Shown one piece after another: positions 50,111 through 63,430 of a stretch of 64,000 nt of DNA. Position 1 is the first letter of the stretch. Each line of letters begins with the position of its first letter. A model generated the notes under the pieces. It did not search any database, was not told where the DNA came from, and was given only the letters and a program-made list of their open reading frames with translations. Origin of the DNA: Lama glama (lineage: Eukaryota); contig CM052818.1 in the NCBI GenBank assembly GCA_028534125.1, positions 44,332,001 to 44,396,000 on the forward strand, given 5' to 3'. Made by a program: the position numbers and the translations under genes.

Positions 50111-52491
50111 GTGCCATTTTTAAAATTGGAATTCAACAAGAGTAGGTGCTTGGCCAGGTAACACATGCCTAAAGGAAAGTTTCAGTCATGCGGATAAATC
50201 AGATTTGTTGGAGGAAAGTCTTTAACTGGTGGGCCAACCTACAAGGCTGTAAGAACCTCAATAATCGACCCCTTCTATGCACGAGGTACCACAAGGCACA
50301 GAGAACACACTACTAGGGAGTGTAGTTCTACTCAGTGGAGACACTCCCAGTCCAAAGTTAAAGCAAATAACAGGAATGTAACAGTGTGAACGCCGAGGGG
50401 AGGAATGGCTCACATGCCATGAGAAACAGGAAGTGCTTCCTAAAGGACAGGACAACTGAGCCAGATGTTGAAAGGTAAGGAGAAATTTGCTCATAAAGCA
50501 AGCAAGTCACAAATACCAAGAAAGAAAAGGGTCAAGACCTTTCAGAGGAAGGTGCTGTAAGGACGTGGACTTCCTGCCTGGTGCTGGGTTGGTGGAAAGA
50601 GGGAAGACACGATGATGGACAGTGGTTAGACCCAGCTCTCCTGACAGTCCCAACCAGCTCACATTTTGTAGGCAGAAACAGGTGAGCAATTTAGAGGAGC
50701 CATGGTCAGATGGTAAGGGGGAAAGGCTGAGTGTGAAAAGGGGTTGATAAAGAAAGACATGGTCAGAAACCATCTTCACCCACTCAGTAGCAAAGAGTTG
50801 ATACCACCTTCTACTTAGATACTTCCCACTTTAACTTAAACTTTTGGTAAGTAGCAACTCACTAAGCTTTTGAGAGTCTCCGTCTCCTCAGATGTCAAAG
50901 GAGCCGCAAGAACAATGGAAATCAGAGGCGGGAGGTCTCCCACGGACTCATGACTGACTATGTAGCTGAGAGCCCCAAGGAGGAATTCCCCAGGTGACAT
51001 AAGCTGAAGGAAGGTGCAAGTTTCAGTCTTGCAGAGTAACTCTCTCATTCCATTTTTGCATCCCAGTGGTGGCTTCAGAATCATCTTCTCTGAGTTCTCA
51101 TTTTCTCCGGCTGCAAAGTATACTTTGGCATGAGAATGGGCCGCTCAGGCTCATGAACCGGGCCTCGTTCCCTCTGGTGGATGAAGTGTCTTATCCGTAA
51201 ACCAGAACCATCTGTGTCAAATGACTGGGAGGCACAAAAAGTGCCGGAACCACAGAATTCCAGCTTTGGTTTCGGCTTTCTGGCAATGAAAAGAATAAAA
51301 ATGCAGCTCTTATTTCTCCAAATATTTCCTCCTCCACCGTCTACTCTGGTCTAACTTCAACTCTCGATTAGGAAGCCCTGATGTTTTTGCGCCCCACTCT
51401 TCCAACTGCCTTTATTGCTGGAATGCATATTAAGGGCATGGTACTGGTGGGGGATTAAATCATTTTTTTTCAAAACAAAACAAACTTCATAAATCCTGGC
51501 TCATTCCTACACAGGTGTATAGAAGAAACAGAAGAAATTTTCCTGTGTGTTCAGATCTTGCCAAGACCCAAATATGAAAAACATATAAGACCCAAATATG
51601 AATTTTTTTCCACAGAAAGTGTCTGTTAAGGCACTTGAAGTGAGCCCAGAGAAAGGCAAGCAGTGAGCTACGAAAACATCGTGCCCAGTGTCTGCCGAGA
51701 ATGGCCTGCAAGGCTCCTCACGCAGCATCTGCCCACGTTATCATAATCAGGGGCACCGTGTGCACCACCTGATAAAGACCGCCGTTCGGACTGACTAGAT
51801 GGGGTGGGACCAAGATATTTACAGAGATGAGTGAGAGGTGCTGGAAAATTCTCTCCCCTCCACACCACAGGAAGGCTTGAAGATCCAACCCAAACCAGAG
51901 CTCGCTCGTTCAAGTGTCAGGAGATGAAAATAATGTGGTTTGGGTGCACAAACGTTTTTAGCTATAAATACCCTTCAGGTTGTTCCAATGCACTGAGCCA
52001 AAACCTAAACGCTGTGAGGTTTCACCCAACTGAATGGTTCCTTAAATAAACACAGTGCAAGGACCAAAATTACCAAGATGAAATTGAAAGAGCAGGGACT
52101 GACTCTAAACGGATGATCTGATTAAGAAAACACGCCCGGGCCTTTAGTGACCAGCGTTAGCTGAGGGCCTTCAGTGGGCTATGGGCTTCAGGCTCATTCA
52201 AATCCACCAGCATAGTAAGTCTTCCACCAGAAATCCCATGAGAAAGGTCATTAGTGCCCTGCACGTAAAGAGGAGGAAACCAAAGACTCCAGACAGATTA
52301 AGAAACCAGCTCAGGATCAGAAGTCAAATCTGTCTGATCCCAAAGCCAAAGCCCACCATCTTCCACAGGACCCACTGTCCCCACGACACGTGTCAGTTTC
52401 CCCTTCAGTGTGGCCCCTTCAAGGGTCATGGCACTCGTCCCACTCACCTAGGACACCCCAGTACCAGGAGGGGTCTGGCCCCTCTTCACCT

Positions 52492-52953
52492 TGTGTAAAG
52501 TTTCTTAGGGATGCCGTGACAAGGTGGTTTACCACAAACTAGGCGGATTAAAGCCATGGACATTTATTTTCTCGCAGTTCTGGAAGCCAGAAGTCCAGAA
52601 CCCAGGTGTCATCAGGGTTGGCTACTTCTGGGGGTTCTGAGGGAGGATCTGTTCCCTGCCTCTCTCCTAGCTTCAGACTGTTTCCCAGAAATCCTTGGCG
52701 TTCCTCAGTTTGTAGACACATCACTAATTGCTGCCTCCATCTTCACATGTCGTGCTCTCTGTGTCCGAGTCTGTGTCTCTTCCCCCTTCTTAGGACAGCA
52801 GTCGTACTGAATTAGGGCCACCCGAATCCAGTGTGACCTCATCTTAACTTGATCACATCTGTAAAGGAATGTTTCCAAATAAGGTCATAGTCCCAGGCTG
52901 GGTGGTCAGGACTTCAGCATACCTTTTAGAGGGACACAGTTCAACCCGTAATA
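52492..52953 (-). mobile_element. MaLR solo LTR, MLT1C-like
   Basis: CAGTTCTGGAAGCCAGAAGTCC..TGACCTCATCTTAACTTGATCACATCT..TTTCCAAATAAGGTCA..GGGACACAGTTCAACCC. Confidence 0.88.
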
Positions 52954-54397
52954 GAGACAATAACTTCATATTTCTTGAATTAACAAAAGACCAGATGGAC
53001 CCTTCCAAGACTTCTGATATAATCCATAGCCTGGGAACTCCCCTGGTAGTGCCTCTCTGGACACACTATTTCCTCGGATTCTGCAGTTCCAACTTCTTCC
53101 CACAGCCTGAAGAAACCAGTCAAATTTCCCAAAGCTTCCACCATGGTGGGGACCTTCTGTGTCCTGACAGAGTGAGGAAAAAAACTCTTCTCCGGTTAGG
53201 AATCACATCCCACTCCCTTTTCCTTTAAAAACCCAGGGCAGTTTTACAACTGCATAAGGAAGGTTGGAAGGTCTGAATATCATTCAAACAGAAAGAGTAA
53301 GAACACAAATCTAAGAACCATTCCTTGGCCCCTGAGTCAGAGCACCGGGAGGGAAGCTTGTTATGAAAAACACCAAGAGCAAAAACTAAACCTCATCAAA
53401 TTCTGAAACGCACCCATCTTGTGTGCAGTGCTCATCAGCCAACAGCACCACAAACACCGGAAGAGTTTTCGATACTGCTCCAGCTATAAAATCTTTGGGG
53501 TTTTTGTTTGTGGGAATAAATAATTTTTTAAGAATTTGATATTTACAACACATATACACTTTATGTTCTACCTCCAAGACAGCTATAAATGAGGATGTTA
53601 CCGCCCAAGAAGGTAATATTGATAAAAATGAGTTAGAAGTGGCTAACAAAGCCCAACTGAAGGAAACTACAGAAAGTAACCAGGAAACTCTAAACCCATC
53701 CTGGCAACGAGCATCTGCACGTACTGCTAAGTGTCATTTCTGCCAGGTGCATGAAACCCATGAGTAATTACAGACAAGAAAACAAATTGAGCGATAACCT
53801 TTTTTCAGCATGGACACCACCTCCTCTGTGTGACAGCGCTTTGAAGAGTTAAACGCCTCCTACAAATGCCAGGTGGTGGGATTACCATTGCCTCCACTGT
53901 ACTCATCACAGCCAAGGCTGCACACAGAGCAGTTCCACAGGGAATATTCCTCCTTCCGCTTTCTTTCCCTGGAAATACATGGTTCATTTAAGCCCGTGGA
54001 GCTTAAAATGTAGCCCAAAGAACCCTGGAGTTCTAACACTCAAATCAAAGACTGTCTTTTTTCCAATTTGCAGGGAGAATAATAAATAACGAATAGAAAT
54101 TTCTCAGTGTGACGTTTTATTCTGTAATTTTCCTTGTAAGAATTCAGAACTCACTACCTTTGTGCTGCTAGTAAGTACCAGAGATGGCGGAGCAAACAGC
54201 AAGCCTTATCATGCCACTGTGCCCATAGCACCGTGCACCTGCCAGCAGCCCACTGCGTGCCAATAGCAGGTAACCCCCGTTTGCATTTGTATAGTCAACA
54301 CTCCCATGTACCTGACGGTGGGGGACATGCAGGTCTAGAGCCCTGCACTTGACCATTGTGAGCTCACAGTAAATGTTTGCTATAAGAATGAACACGT

Positions 54398-55135
54398 GAA
54401 AGTGCAAATCACAACCATAGTGAGATACCACCTCACAGCCGCTAAGACAGCTGTTATGAAAAAAAACAAAAACAAAATAACAAGTGTTGACAAGGATGTG
54501 GAGAAATTAGAACACTTGTGCATTGCTGTTGGGAATGTAAAATGGGGCAGCCAGTGTGGAAAACAATATGGCAGTAACTCCAAAAATGAAGTACAGAATT
54601 ATCATATGACCCAGCAGCACAGCCTCTAGGTATATACTAAGAAGAATTAAAAGCAGAAACTCAGATAGACACTTGTACACCCACGTTCCCAGCAGCATTA
54701 TTCATGATGGCCAAAAGGTGGAAGCAACCGAGCATCTGTCCATCAATGGATGAATGGTCAGACAAAATGTGGTCTGTATATACAATGGACCATCATTTAG
54801 CCTTAGAAAGAAAGGAAACACCATGGTTGAACCTTGAGGATATGATGCTAAGTGAGATAAAATAGGCACGAGAGAACAAATACTGTGATTCCACTTACAG
54901 AAAATACCTAAAATAGTCAAATTCAGAGTCAGAATAGTTACCGGGCCGGGGAAAGGGAGCAATAGGGAGTTATTATTTAAAGGGTACAAAGTTTCAGTTA
55001 GGGATGATGAAACGTTCTGGAGATGAACAGTAGTAACATTTGCACAACAATACGATGTACTGAAAGCCACTAAACCATACACTTAAAATGGTTAGCTGGT
55101 AAATTTCACACAACGAAATTTTTACAATTGAAAAA
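54398..55135 (+). mobile_element. L1 3' end (L1MB-like)
   Basis: ORF 54396-54629 (VQITTIVRYHLT..) is an L1 ORF2 C-terminal relic; degenerate 14-bp TSD AAGAATGAACACGT / AAGGATGAGCAGGT. Confidence 0.92.
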
Positions 55136-55559
55136 AAGGATGAGCAGGTCAATGTCAACATTCACCAAGTCTCTAGCTAGCCTCTGGCTTCGGATAGCCC
55201 GTCACCTCCTCAGCTTTAGAAACTTGAGAGCAGAGTTGCCGTAGTACCACTTGTGGGTATCTAAAGAATGTTAAAGAAAAAGGCTGTAACTTTCTTAAAT
55301 GCAGAGATACGTTATATTGACTCATAATTCCAGCGCCCAAATAATCCCAGCTGACCATATTTTCAAAGGTAAAAATAACACACACTTGGAGTATTTAGCA
55401 GCGCATGATGTTGTAAAAGGAGACGTACAAGCATCTTTCCGTCCCAGCCCCTCTCCAGTGCTAAGTGCCATTAACAGTGTCTCAATGTGTTCTTTAAACT
55501 ACAAGAGAACAAATGTTATGCTCAGGCTGATGTTATGAAGACACATGCATGAGCAGATA

Positions 55560-56400
55560 TTTTTTAAATATTCATCTAGGATGTTTATATTTACGTTCCG
55601 TTTTACACTTACAGCTTTAACATTTATACAACTTGGTTCATACACTGTACACTCTTCAGGATTTAAGTTTTTTCCACTGAAAATATTCTGAGGGATTTTT
55701 CCATATTAGGATGCAAAGAACTACTTGGCGACTGTTGAACATTCCTGATGCAACCTTTAAGCTGCTTCCAAGCTTGCTTGTGTTTTGTTTTGTTTTGTAG
55801 ACAAGTATATTTATTGTGATGGAATTGGCAGATCAAAATATGAGCGGTCTGGATTTTAATAAACATCGGCAAATGACAGTCCACAACGCATTAACAGCCT
55901 AAACTCTCAGAATGTGTGAAAATACCTGTTCTCCACCCATCACCCCAGTCATTCCAGCACTCTGCAGGAACCAGGGTTTGAACGTTTGCTTGTCTACTGA
56001 AGCAATGTGGTATCTCATGAAGTTTATTTGAATTTCCTTACCTGAGACACACTGAGCTTCCTTTATCATGTTCCATGTCCATGTTTTTTCCTTTAAATTA
56101 TTTGTTGATATTCTTTATTGGCTTTCCTATTACTTTGCTTTATTGATTTATATGAGCTCCTTAAAGAGTCCGTAAATTAACCCTTCATTTGTCATATGAC
56201 TTGCAGATATGTGCCCCAGATCTGTTTTCCCGTGTTTTAGCTCTTCTGTGCCAGGCAAAAATTCAAAATTTTTGTTTTGTTGTATGTATCTGTCTTTTCT
56301 TTTACAGCTTCTGGACTTTTAATCCTACTCAGAACGGCTTTCCATCCTCCAAGCTTAAAAATAAACCCATTCCAACTTTTAGACTATCTTTGCTCTATGT
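55560..56400 (-). mobile_element. Old L1 fragment, reverse orientation
   Basis: TGTGGTATCTCAT..TTTGAATTTCC..ATATGAGCTCCTTA..ATTAACCCTT..TTGCAGATAT; reverse L1 ORF2-end motifs. Confidence 0.6.
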
Positions 56401-56502
56401 ATGTGATAGTGTGCCAGTGGCGTTACCTTAGATGGAATAAATTAGAAGAACAGTGAGTGGGAATGTTAAGACTAGCTATTAAAATGGGAGTGAATGACTA
56501 TG

Positions 56503-57718
56503 TCAAATGATTTTCAATGAGCATGCCAAAACAACCCAATGGGAAAGAATGCTATTTTTAACAAATGGCATTGGGACAACTGGATATCCATGTGTGAAAA
56601 GTGAAGTTGGACACTTAACTCACACCATATAAAAAATCAACTCAAAATTGATCATAGACCTAAATATAATAGCTAAAACTATCCAACTCCTAGAAGAAGA
56701 CATAAGAGTAATCTTTGTGCCCTTGGGTTAGACAATGGTTTTTCAGATATGACACCAAAAGCACAAGTGAAAAAAGAAGAAAGAAAAAGATAAATCAGAT
56801 TTCATAAAAATAAAAAACTCTTGTGTGTCAAAGACCACCATCATAAAAGGGAACATGCAACCCGTAGAATGGGAGAAATCATTTGCAAATCACATGTTGA
56901 TAAGGGACCTGTATCTACACCCACTAGAATGGCTAAAACAAAAGAGATAGACAAAATACCAGTCCTCAAAAGCACTGAAAAGCAAAATGAAAAATAACAA
57001 GTTTCAGCCAGGATGTAGAGATACGGGAACTTCCATTCACTGTTGACTGAGCTGTTAAATGGTACAGCCACTTTGAAAACTAGTTTGGTAGTTTCTCAAA
57101 ATAATAGACATGGAGTTACCATGTGACCCAGCAATCTCATTCCTAGATCTACTCCCAAGACAAATGAAAACAAAGTCCATGTAGAAAGCTGTACATGAAT
57201 GTTCATAGCAGTGTTATCCATAATAGCCAAAAATGGAAACAACTCAAATGTCCATCAACTTATGAACATAGAAACAAAATGTGGCAGAGTCACACAATGG
57301 AATATTACTCAGCAGTAAAATAGAATGAAGTACCAATTCATGTTACAACATGGATGAGCCTTGAAAACATCATGCTTCATAAAAGAAACCAATCACAAAA
57401 GACTACATAATGTAGCATTCCATTTATCTGAAACAAGAGTCCATTTATCTGAAATGTCCAGAATAGGCAAATCCATGGAAACAGAAAGTAAATTAGTGGT
57501 TAGTTAGGGCTGGGGAAGGGGATGGGGGAAGACATGGGATAAAGGGGAATGACTGCTAATAAGTATGGAGTTTCTTTAGGGGTGATAAGATTGTTCTAAA
57601 ATTAGAGAGTGATCATGATTGTAAAACTCTTTGAATCCTAAAACCCACTGAATTTTATATTTTACATGGGTGAATTTTATAGTGTATGAATTATAGCTCA
57701 TTAAAGTTAGCTTTTTAA
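56503..57718 (+). mobile_element. L1 ORF2 end plus 3'UTR (L1MB7/8-like, internally deleted)
   Basis: ACAAATGGCATTGGGACAACTGGATATCCA..GATATGACACCAAAAGCACAA..GTCCAGAATAGGCAAATCCAT..GGGTGAATTTTAT. Confidence 0.92.
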
Positions 57719-59519
57719 ACTTCATTTTACAAATCAGGCAATGAGCCATAGTCTTCCAACTTCTAGGCTAGACTTTAACATTTTGTGCTTTTGAAAGATT
57801 TGAAAATAAACATGGAAAAAAAATCTGAGGAGTAAGTGATAAGAGAGAAAGGAAGGAAAAAACTAGAAGGTGATACAGAGTAAAAACTCAGAGAAAAACT
57901 TAAGGAGGAAGCATCCTTTCTTCCCTCTGTATATATCGATCCGTAGATAAAATGCTCCCTCATCCAGGAGAAATACTTGGTCTGAAAGCAGGAACCCAGT
58001 GAAGTCTGTCACGGGGAGATGCAGAGGGGTCAGTGACCAGAGCACCACACAGGGGTGTAACCCTGCCCCTACTGTTCCCTAAGGGTGACCCTATAGCCAA
58101 GTCACCTGGCCATTCTGGGCATCTCTTTCCTTCTCTCTAAAGGGCAGTAATATCTCTCCTCACAATGGTAAAGCTCTAACACTTGAAAACTCTTAACACA
58201 TTATAAAATGTGAATATTATTATGATAAACCTAATGTTTCTCTGTTAATGTGGCATGAATGATGGCTTCTTTTGAGAATTTTTACTTCTTAACATGAATG
58301 TAAATATGCCCAGAGCAGAATAAGAAATTAATATCCATTTTCCAAATAAATCTGTGTGAAGGTCCACTAGTGGGTGGGCTGAAAAGGCCCATGTTTGCAT
58401 TCTCAATCTTTCCTCCCCCAGCTCCTTGTCCCCATTCCCTCAGAGAAGACTTTGAGAAGACAAAAAGTCTAGAGTATTCTTGGATGCATTCTGTTTGCTC
58501 CACGGTGTAAATCTCCCTTCTGGAGGCTTCAGTCAATGTTTGTTTTGCTTTCTGTGCTTTTTTGGGCAGGTATGTCTTCTGCCACCATATTCACAGAGAC
58601 TGGTCTGGTGGAGCCAAATTTATGCAGCTGATGTCTCACTTATGTGAGCCTGAAACATTTCTTATCTAGCAGATGTACCCACTTAAGTTACGCTGGACCC
58701 AGAGAGAAGGGGAGGTGGGAGGTGATACAAGCGAGCTTTGGAGTCAGTTTTCAGCAGGGGCAGTGGTGCCTGAGTTTTTGGTGCTAACTGAGAAGTCTGA
58801 ATCTGAAGGTGTGGCCTTGGCTGAGAACAGGTAAGAGGAAGGTCACAGGGAGGAGCAAGGATAAGCCAGCGTCAGGAACTGAGTATTGGCCACAGAGCTA
58901 ACAGATGTGACAAGCAGTGGAATGTAGGGGACAATCTGAGATCAGAGGCTGGCAGAAGAGCTCCAGCAGCCCCCTCCTCAGCTGGCAAAGCAGGACCTTG
59001 ACCTAGTCCAAGTTCACTGGCCACCAAGCTCCTCTCCTTCCAGAGAGCATTCAGTTTTGTTAAGAAATCCATCAGGCTTGTAGATTTTCCAGGAGACTTC
59101 TTAAATTTTCTCATGCTAATGAATTGGCATAATGCTCTATAAACCTTGTTCCTGATCTGAAATATCCAGTCCTGAACAGAGAATCACCTTATTTCATTAT
59201 TACCTTCATATGAAATACAAAAAACAAAAAAAGTGTTTCCTCATCTCAGAATCCTTTCCAGTTTCCCTTTCTCTTTGGGGTGGTATTTCAGAGGCCATCA
59301 TGGCTCCCTATTGGATCAGTTCCCACCTCCCTGCACCCTACAGTCAACAGAAATGTTGAAGGTACATTCTACAGTCCTAGGGCAATAATTTAATAAGCAG
59401 TATCACTCAGTAGGAATTGAAAATCCAAAATAATGGCTCCCTGAACAGAACTAGAACCCATATTGCAACTGGTGTCAACAAGGTGCCACATGGTCATTCA
59501 ATAGTCCCCTCTTAAAAGC

Positions 59520-59745
59520 ACACACTGGGTCCCAGCACTGTTACAAGTACTGCCTCATCCACACCTCACAGCATCCCCATCAGGTGGATACTATGACTAT
59601 CTCTGTTTCATAGATGACAAAACTGAAGCCCAGAGGTTACATCCTTGCCCAAGGTCACATAGATAGCAAATAGTAGAGCTAGAACTTGAACTTGGGCAAT
59701 CTCACTGCAAAACCCGTGCTCTAAACCACTCTACTACACTGCCCT
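59520..59745 (-). mobile_element. MIR SINE
   Basis: AAACTGAAGCCCAGAGGTTACATCCTTGCCCAAGGTCACATAG..GAACTTGAAC. Confidence 0.85.
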
Positions 59746-61271
59746 GAATTCAACAAAAGGCACAGTGCACCCAATCCCAAAGAGGAAGACAGGAAGCTTT
59801 GAAAAGCATTTTCCATGTTGAATGGGTTTTTCTCAGAGGTGCCAATAGGGATACTACATTATGAGACACACGGAAAATATTTTTTAAAACTTTATTGTCC
59901 CCAAACCTCACTACCTTGGCAACTGTTCCCCTCAAAAATCTCAGTTCTCTGATTCATTTCTGAATTTTCTGTAAAATCGCTAGACCACCTGGATCTCCAA
60001 TCCCTTTCCACTTATGGAAAAATTTAGACAGTTTAGTCTCCTTCAGTTCTCCTCTTTACTAATTATCCTGGTCAGCAAAACAAAATCTACCAAAGGTAGA
60101 TCAGGTTTAGCAGGGAAAGGATATGCATGCTTTTTTGTCCCTTTACATCTTGGTCACATTTATGCTAATTGTGTTTCATCATTAAGTCAGAACCTCAAAC
60201 ACAACTCAACTGGAATGTTCCTAACTCTTCCTTCCAGCCCACAAGGTATGCCCTTTATCTTGCCTCTCACACCTCCAGGCTACAAGGTGATGGTGCCTGT
60301 GGGTCACTCTTCCTCAGTTTCCTTGGCACCACCCCCCACCCCGCAACGCATCTCAATACCCTCATCTATAGCCTAAGGTGAGACTGCTCCTTTGTAGCTC
60401 CCTGGCTATGCGACATAAAACATCTTGAGTTCTACAATCAAGTCTACATCTCTACGTCTTTGTCTACTGTTCTTCCACCTTTTAAAATCATTATTAGTAG
60501 CTCATACCTAGATTATCTATAGAACTGACACAACCAACAGAGACGTTGACTTAGACTGGCTGGGTAGCCCCTTCCAAGGGCACCATGATTTTGTATTTAA
60601 AACCAAGACTATAAGTTGGCCCTGGGTGGGTCTGTTACCTACCTGACCACTGCTACACCCTGACCCCAGGCTGTTCTGCCTCCCTAGTCAAGCCCTTCTC
60701 AACCATGGGCCATGGAATGCTAGGGCTGGGCTGGGGAGATCTCTCAGACCAGAGGGAGTAGCTCGGCTGAAAATCAAGGACATCCCTCTGCCCCTGATGC
60801 ATCAAGGCCATTACATCCCTGAGGAGAGACGTGGATCTCAGCTTTGCAACACATTCCAGAGGTGTGAACACTGGAGTTCTCCCCTCCCCCGTGCAGTCAC
60901 AACCACTGAAAAGGGCCCTCAGAAGAAAGAGCCTGATAACAAATTAAAAAATGATAATTACTGTGATTTAGCACCTTCTCAGCAGATGACTCTTAACCTA
61001 AAGAGTTGCCTATTTCATCCCCAGGAGGATGAGCAGGGATCTGCAGAGAGACATACAGCATTTGAAGAACTATATTCAAATATTTAACATAAATGTGGAT
61101 GTCACGAAACTAAAAATGCATATATTTTAGCTACAAAAGACATCAAGTAAGCTAATAAAATCTTGTTGGGAAGAGGAAAGTGGAATTAAAAGGAAGAGAA
61201 ATGCTCATCTGCTGTGGCTGGTGCTGGGCTAGGAGGCCCCTGTATGGAGTGGCATGTGTTTCCCACCACAC

Positions 61272-61751
61272 AGTAACCAAGCAGGACCCTCGGGACCTTC
61301 CTGGGACAGGCCCCTCCCCCATATCCTCTGCTTTAGCTCTTCTCTGAGGTACCGAGATAATAGTATCTGATGCACAATTCCTGAGTTGTTTCACATATGC
61401 TAAACTCCCACCAAATGGAAGAAATTAACTACTTGATGACCATGAGCACATAGCCCCCAGACCTACTGGCGCCTAAGGATGGATAGTTTTACCACCTGTT
61501 ACCTCACTACCAACCAATCAGAGAATTGTGCACGAGACAATCACTTACCCTGGGCTCCACTCCCTCATCTTGCCTTTAAAAATGCATTGCTGAAATCCAT
61601 CGGCGAGTTCGGGCTTTTTGAGCACTAGCTGTCCTGAACTCCTTGCTTGGTGCCCTGCAATAAACGCTGTGCTTTCCTCCACCATAACTTAGTGTCAGTA
61701 GATTGGCTGTACCACGTCCAGGCATGCGGACCCACATTTGGTTCGGTACCA
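61272..61751 (+). mobile_element. ERVL-type solo LTR, MER74-like, apparently inserted in a MIR
   Basis: GTAACCAAGCAGGACCCT..CCAAT (61514-61518), TTTAAAAA (61575-61582), AATAAA (61659-61664), ends GCGGACCCACATTTGGTTCGGTACCA; MIR sequence resumes at 61760-61950. Confidence 0.8.
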
Positions 61752-63199
61752 ACATTATGTAAGGGAAGTGGCTACTTTCTTAGACTCAGTGATTTCGTTC
61801 CCTAGTCTGAACAAATTTAAATAGTTATGGCACAATCCTCACAGAGCTGTTGTGAGAATCATTACATGAGTTCATACACTGAGGGCACTTACAGCAGTGC
61901 CCAGCACAGCACGTGGTCATCACAACACAACGACGAACGGTTATTATCAGCTCTTATCCTGCTCTGCTTCTCCCAGATGAAAAAGACAGAAGTCATGCTG
62001 CCTCAGAGCAGCAGAGCTGAGGTCTGAACCCAAGTCTTCTGAATTTAAATTCTAATCCACACTGCAGACAGACTTTGCTACCTTTCCAAAAAATAAAAAT
62101 AAAAATAAATATATATATATATATGTGTATGTATATATAAAATAGATGATGTCATCTCAGGTCAGTAATGGCATACTGTTTAGACATTGTTTTAAAGCTT
62201 GCAGTCAGAGAACTTGAGCTCAAATGCTAGGGAACAAAGGTAGAGAAAGATGTGTTGAATTTAGGGTCTGTTGGGAACTTAAAAGCTCCGGGAGGTCTGG
62301 ATTCAGAAAAGAACTCAAGGCTAGAAATACATACTGAGGAGTTACTAGTTTAGGGGTAGATGGTTCCTGAAGCCTGGGCATGAATGAGCTGGAAGAGGAA
62401 GAATGGGTTGAGTTTAAAAGAAGAACACTGGCCAGGCAACTGTGCTGCTCGTGGAAAACAGATTTAGAAAATGCCAAATGCACTTTGATATTGTCAGTTC
62501 CGAGGAGCGGGTGCACAGCGGAGAAGGAGCAGGCTTATTCTCCTGTATAATTGCATCTCACACCTTCTGCGTAATACAGATTTGCTCTGAGATAAGCTAT
62601 CTAGGACTTTGCATTTCTCTGCTGGCTGCTATCCAGCTTGGATTTGGCATTTCCCAGGGTGTTAACAACCGTGTCTGTATTTTGGTTCTGTACTTATTAG
62701 GAGTTCTCTGAAAATAGCCTCTAGCAACTTCTGCTCGGTCTTTCTGAATGTGAGGCTGAAAACTCTCGCAGCTGAATGTAATTTTTGACACTTCATTTCT
62801 CCCAGCGAGAACCGGGACGGGGATTCACAGTGGCCCCTGTGACGCCCGAAAAGCAGCATCTCTCTTGTTTCACGGAAGCCACGCCCACAGAGGGGCAGTG
62901 TTCACTGGTGGTTGGCTTCTGCGGGTAACATACTTCTGTGTCTCAAAAGTGTAACACTGGTCCTTAATTACTCTCGAGTGGAAAGTCAGGCTGAGCAATC
63001 AGCCATTAAAAGAGAGCGAGAGAGAGATTACTAACATTTAACATTAATTCAAATCCTCCTAGAAACTAAGTAGAAGACAGAGTACACTGAGGAGAACCAA
63101 ACTAAAATGGGGAGAAAAATCATACATGAAAAATGAATATTCATTATGTGATGACTTAATAAAATGTTAAAGAGAAAGTTTGTAAGTTCACTTTTCCTT

Positions 63200-63430
63200 T
63201 GATCACACAAAAGTTTCTGATGTGTACTAGGAGCTAGACGTGGCTTCAGCATTTTCACATGTACCTTCTTTAACGTTCACAACTCTGGAAGAAGGTATTT
63301 TAGCACCACTGTACAGATACAGGAACTATTGTTCAGAGAAATTAAGTAGCTCTCTCCACATCACACAACCAGAAATCAATATGGCAGGATTCACATCCCA
63401 GTCTTCCTAACTGTAATCCCATTCTTTGCT
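63200..63430 (-). mobile_element. MIR SINE
   Basis: TCACAACTCTGGAAG..TACAGAT..TTCAGAGAAATTAAGTAGC..TCACACAAC..GGCAGGATTCACATCCCAGTC. Confidence 0.7.

Noticed and set aside
54396..54629. ORFs with protein similarity (also 15454-15657 and 21491-21682)
   Set aside because: Decayed L1 ORF2 C-termini, not host genes.
57507..57538. G-quadruplex-like G-runs
   Set aside because: The ordinary G-rich tract of an L1 3'UTR.
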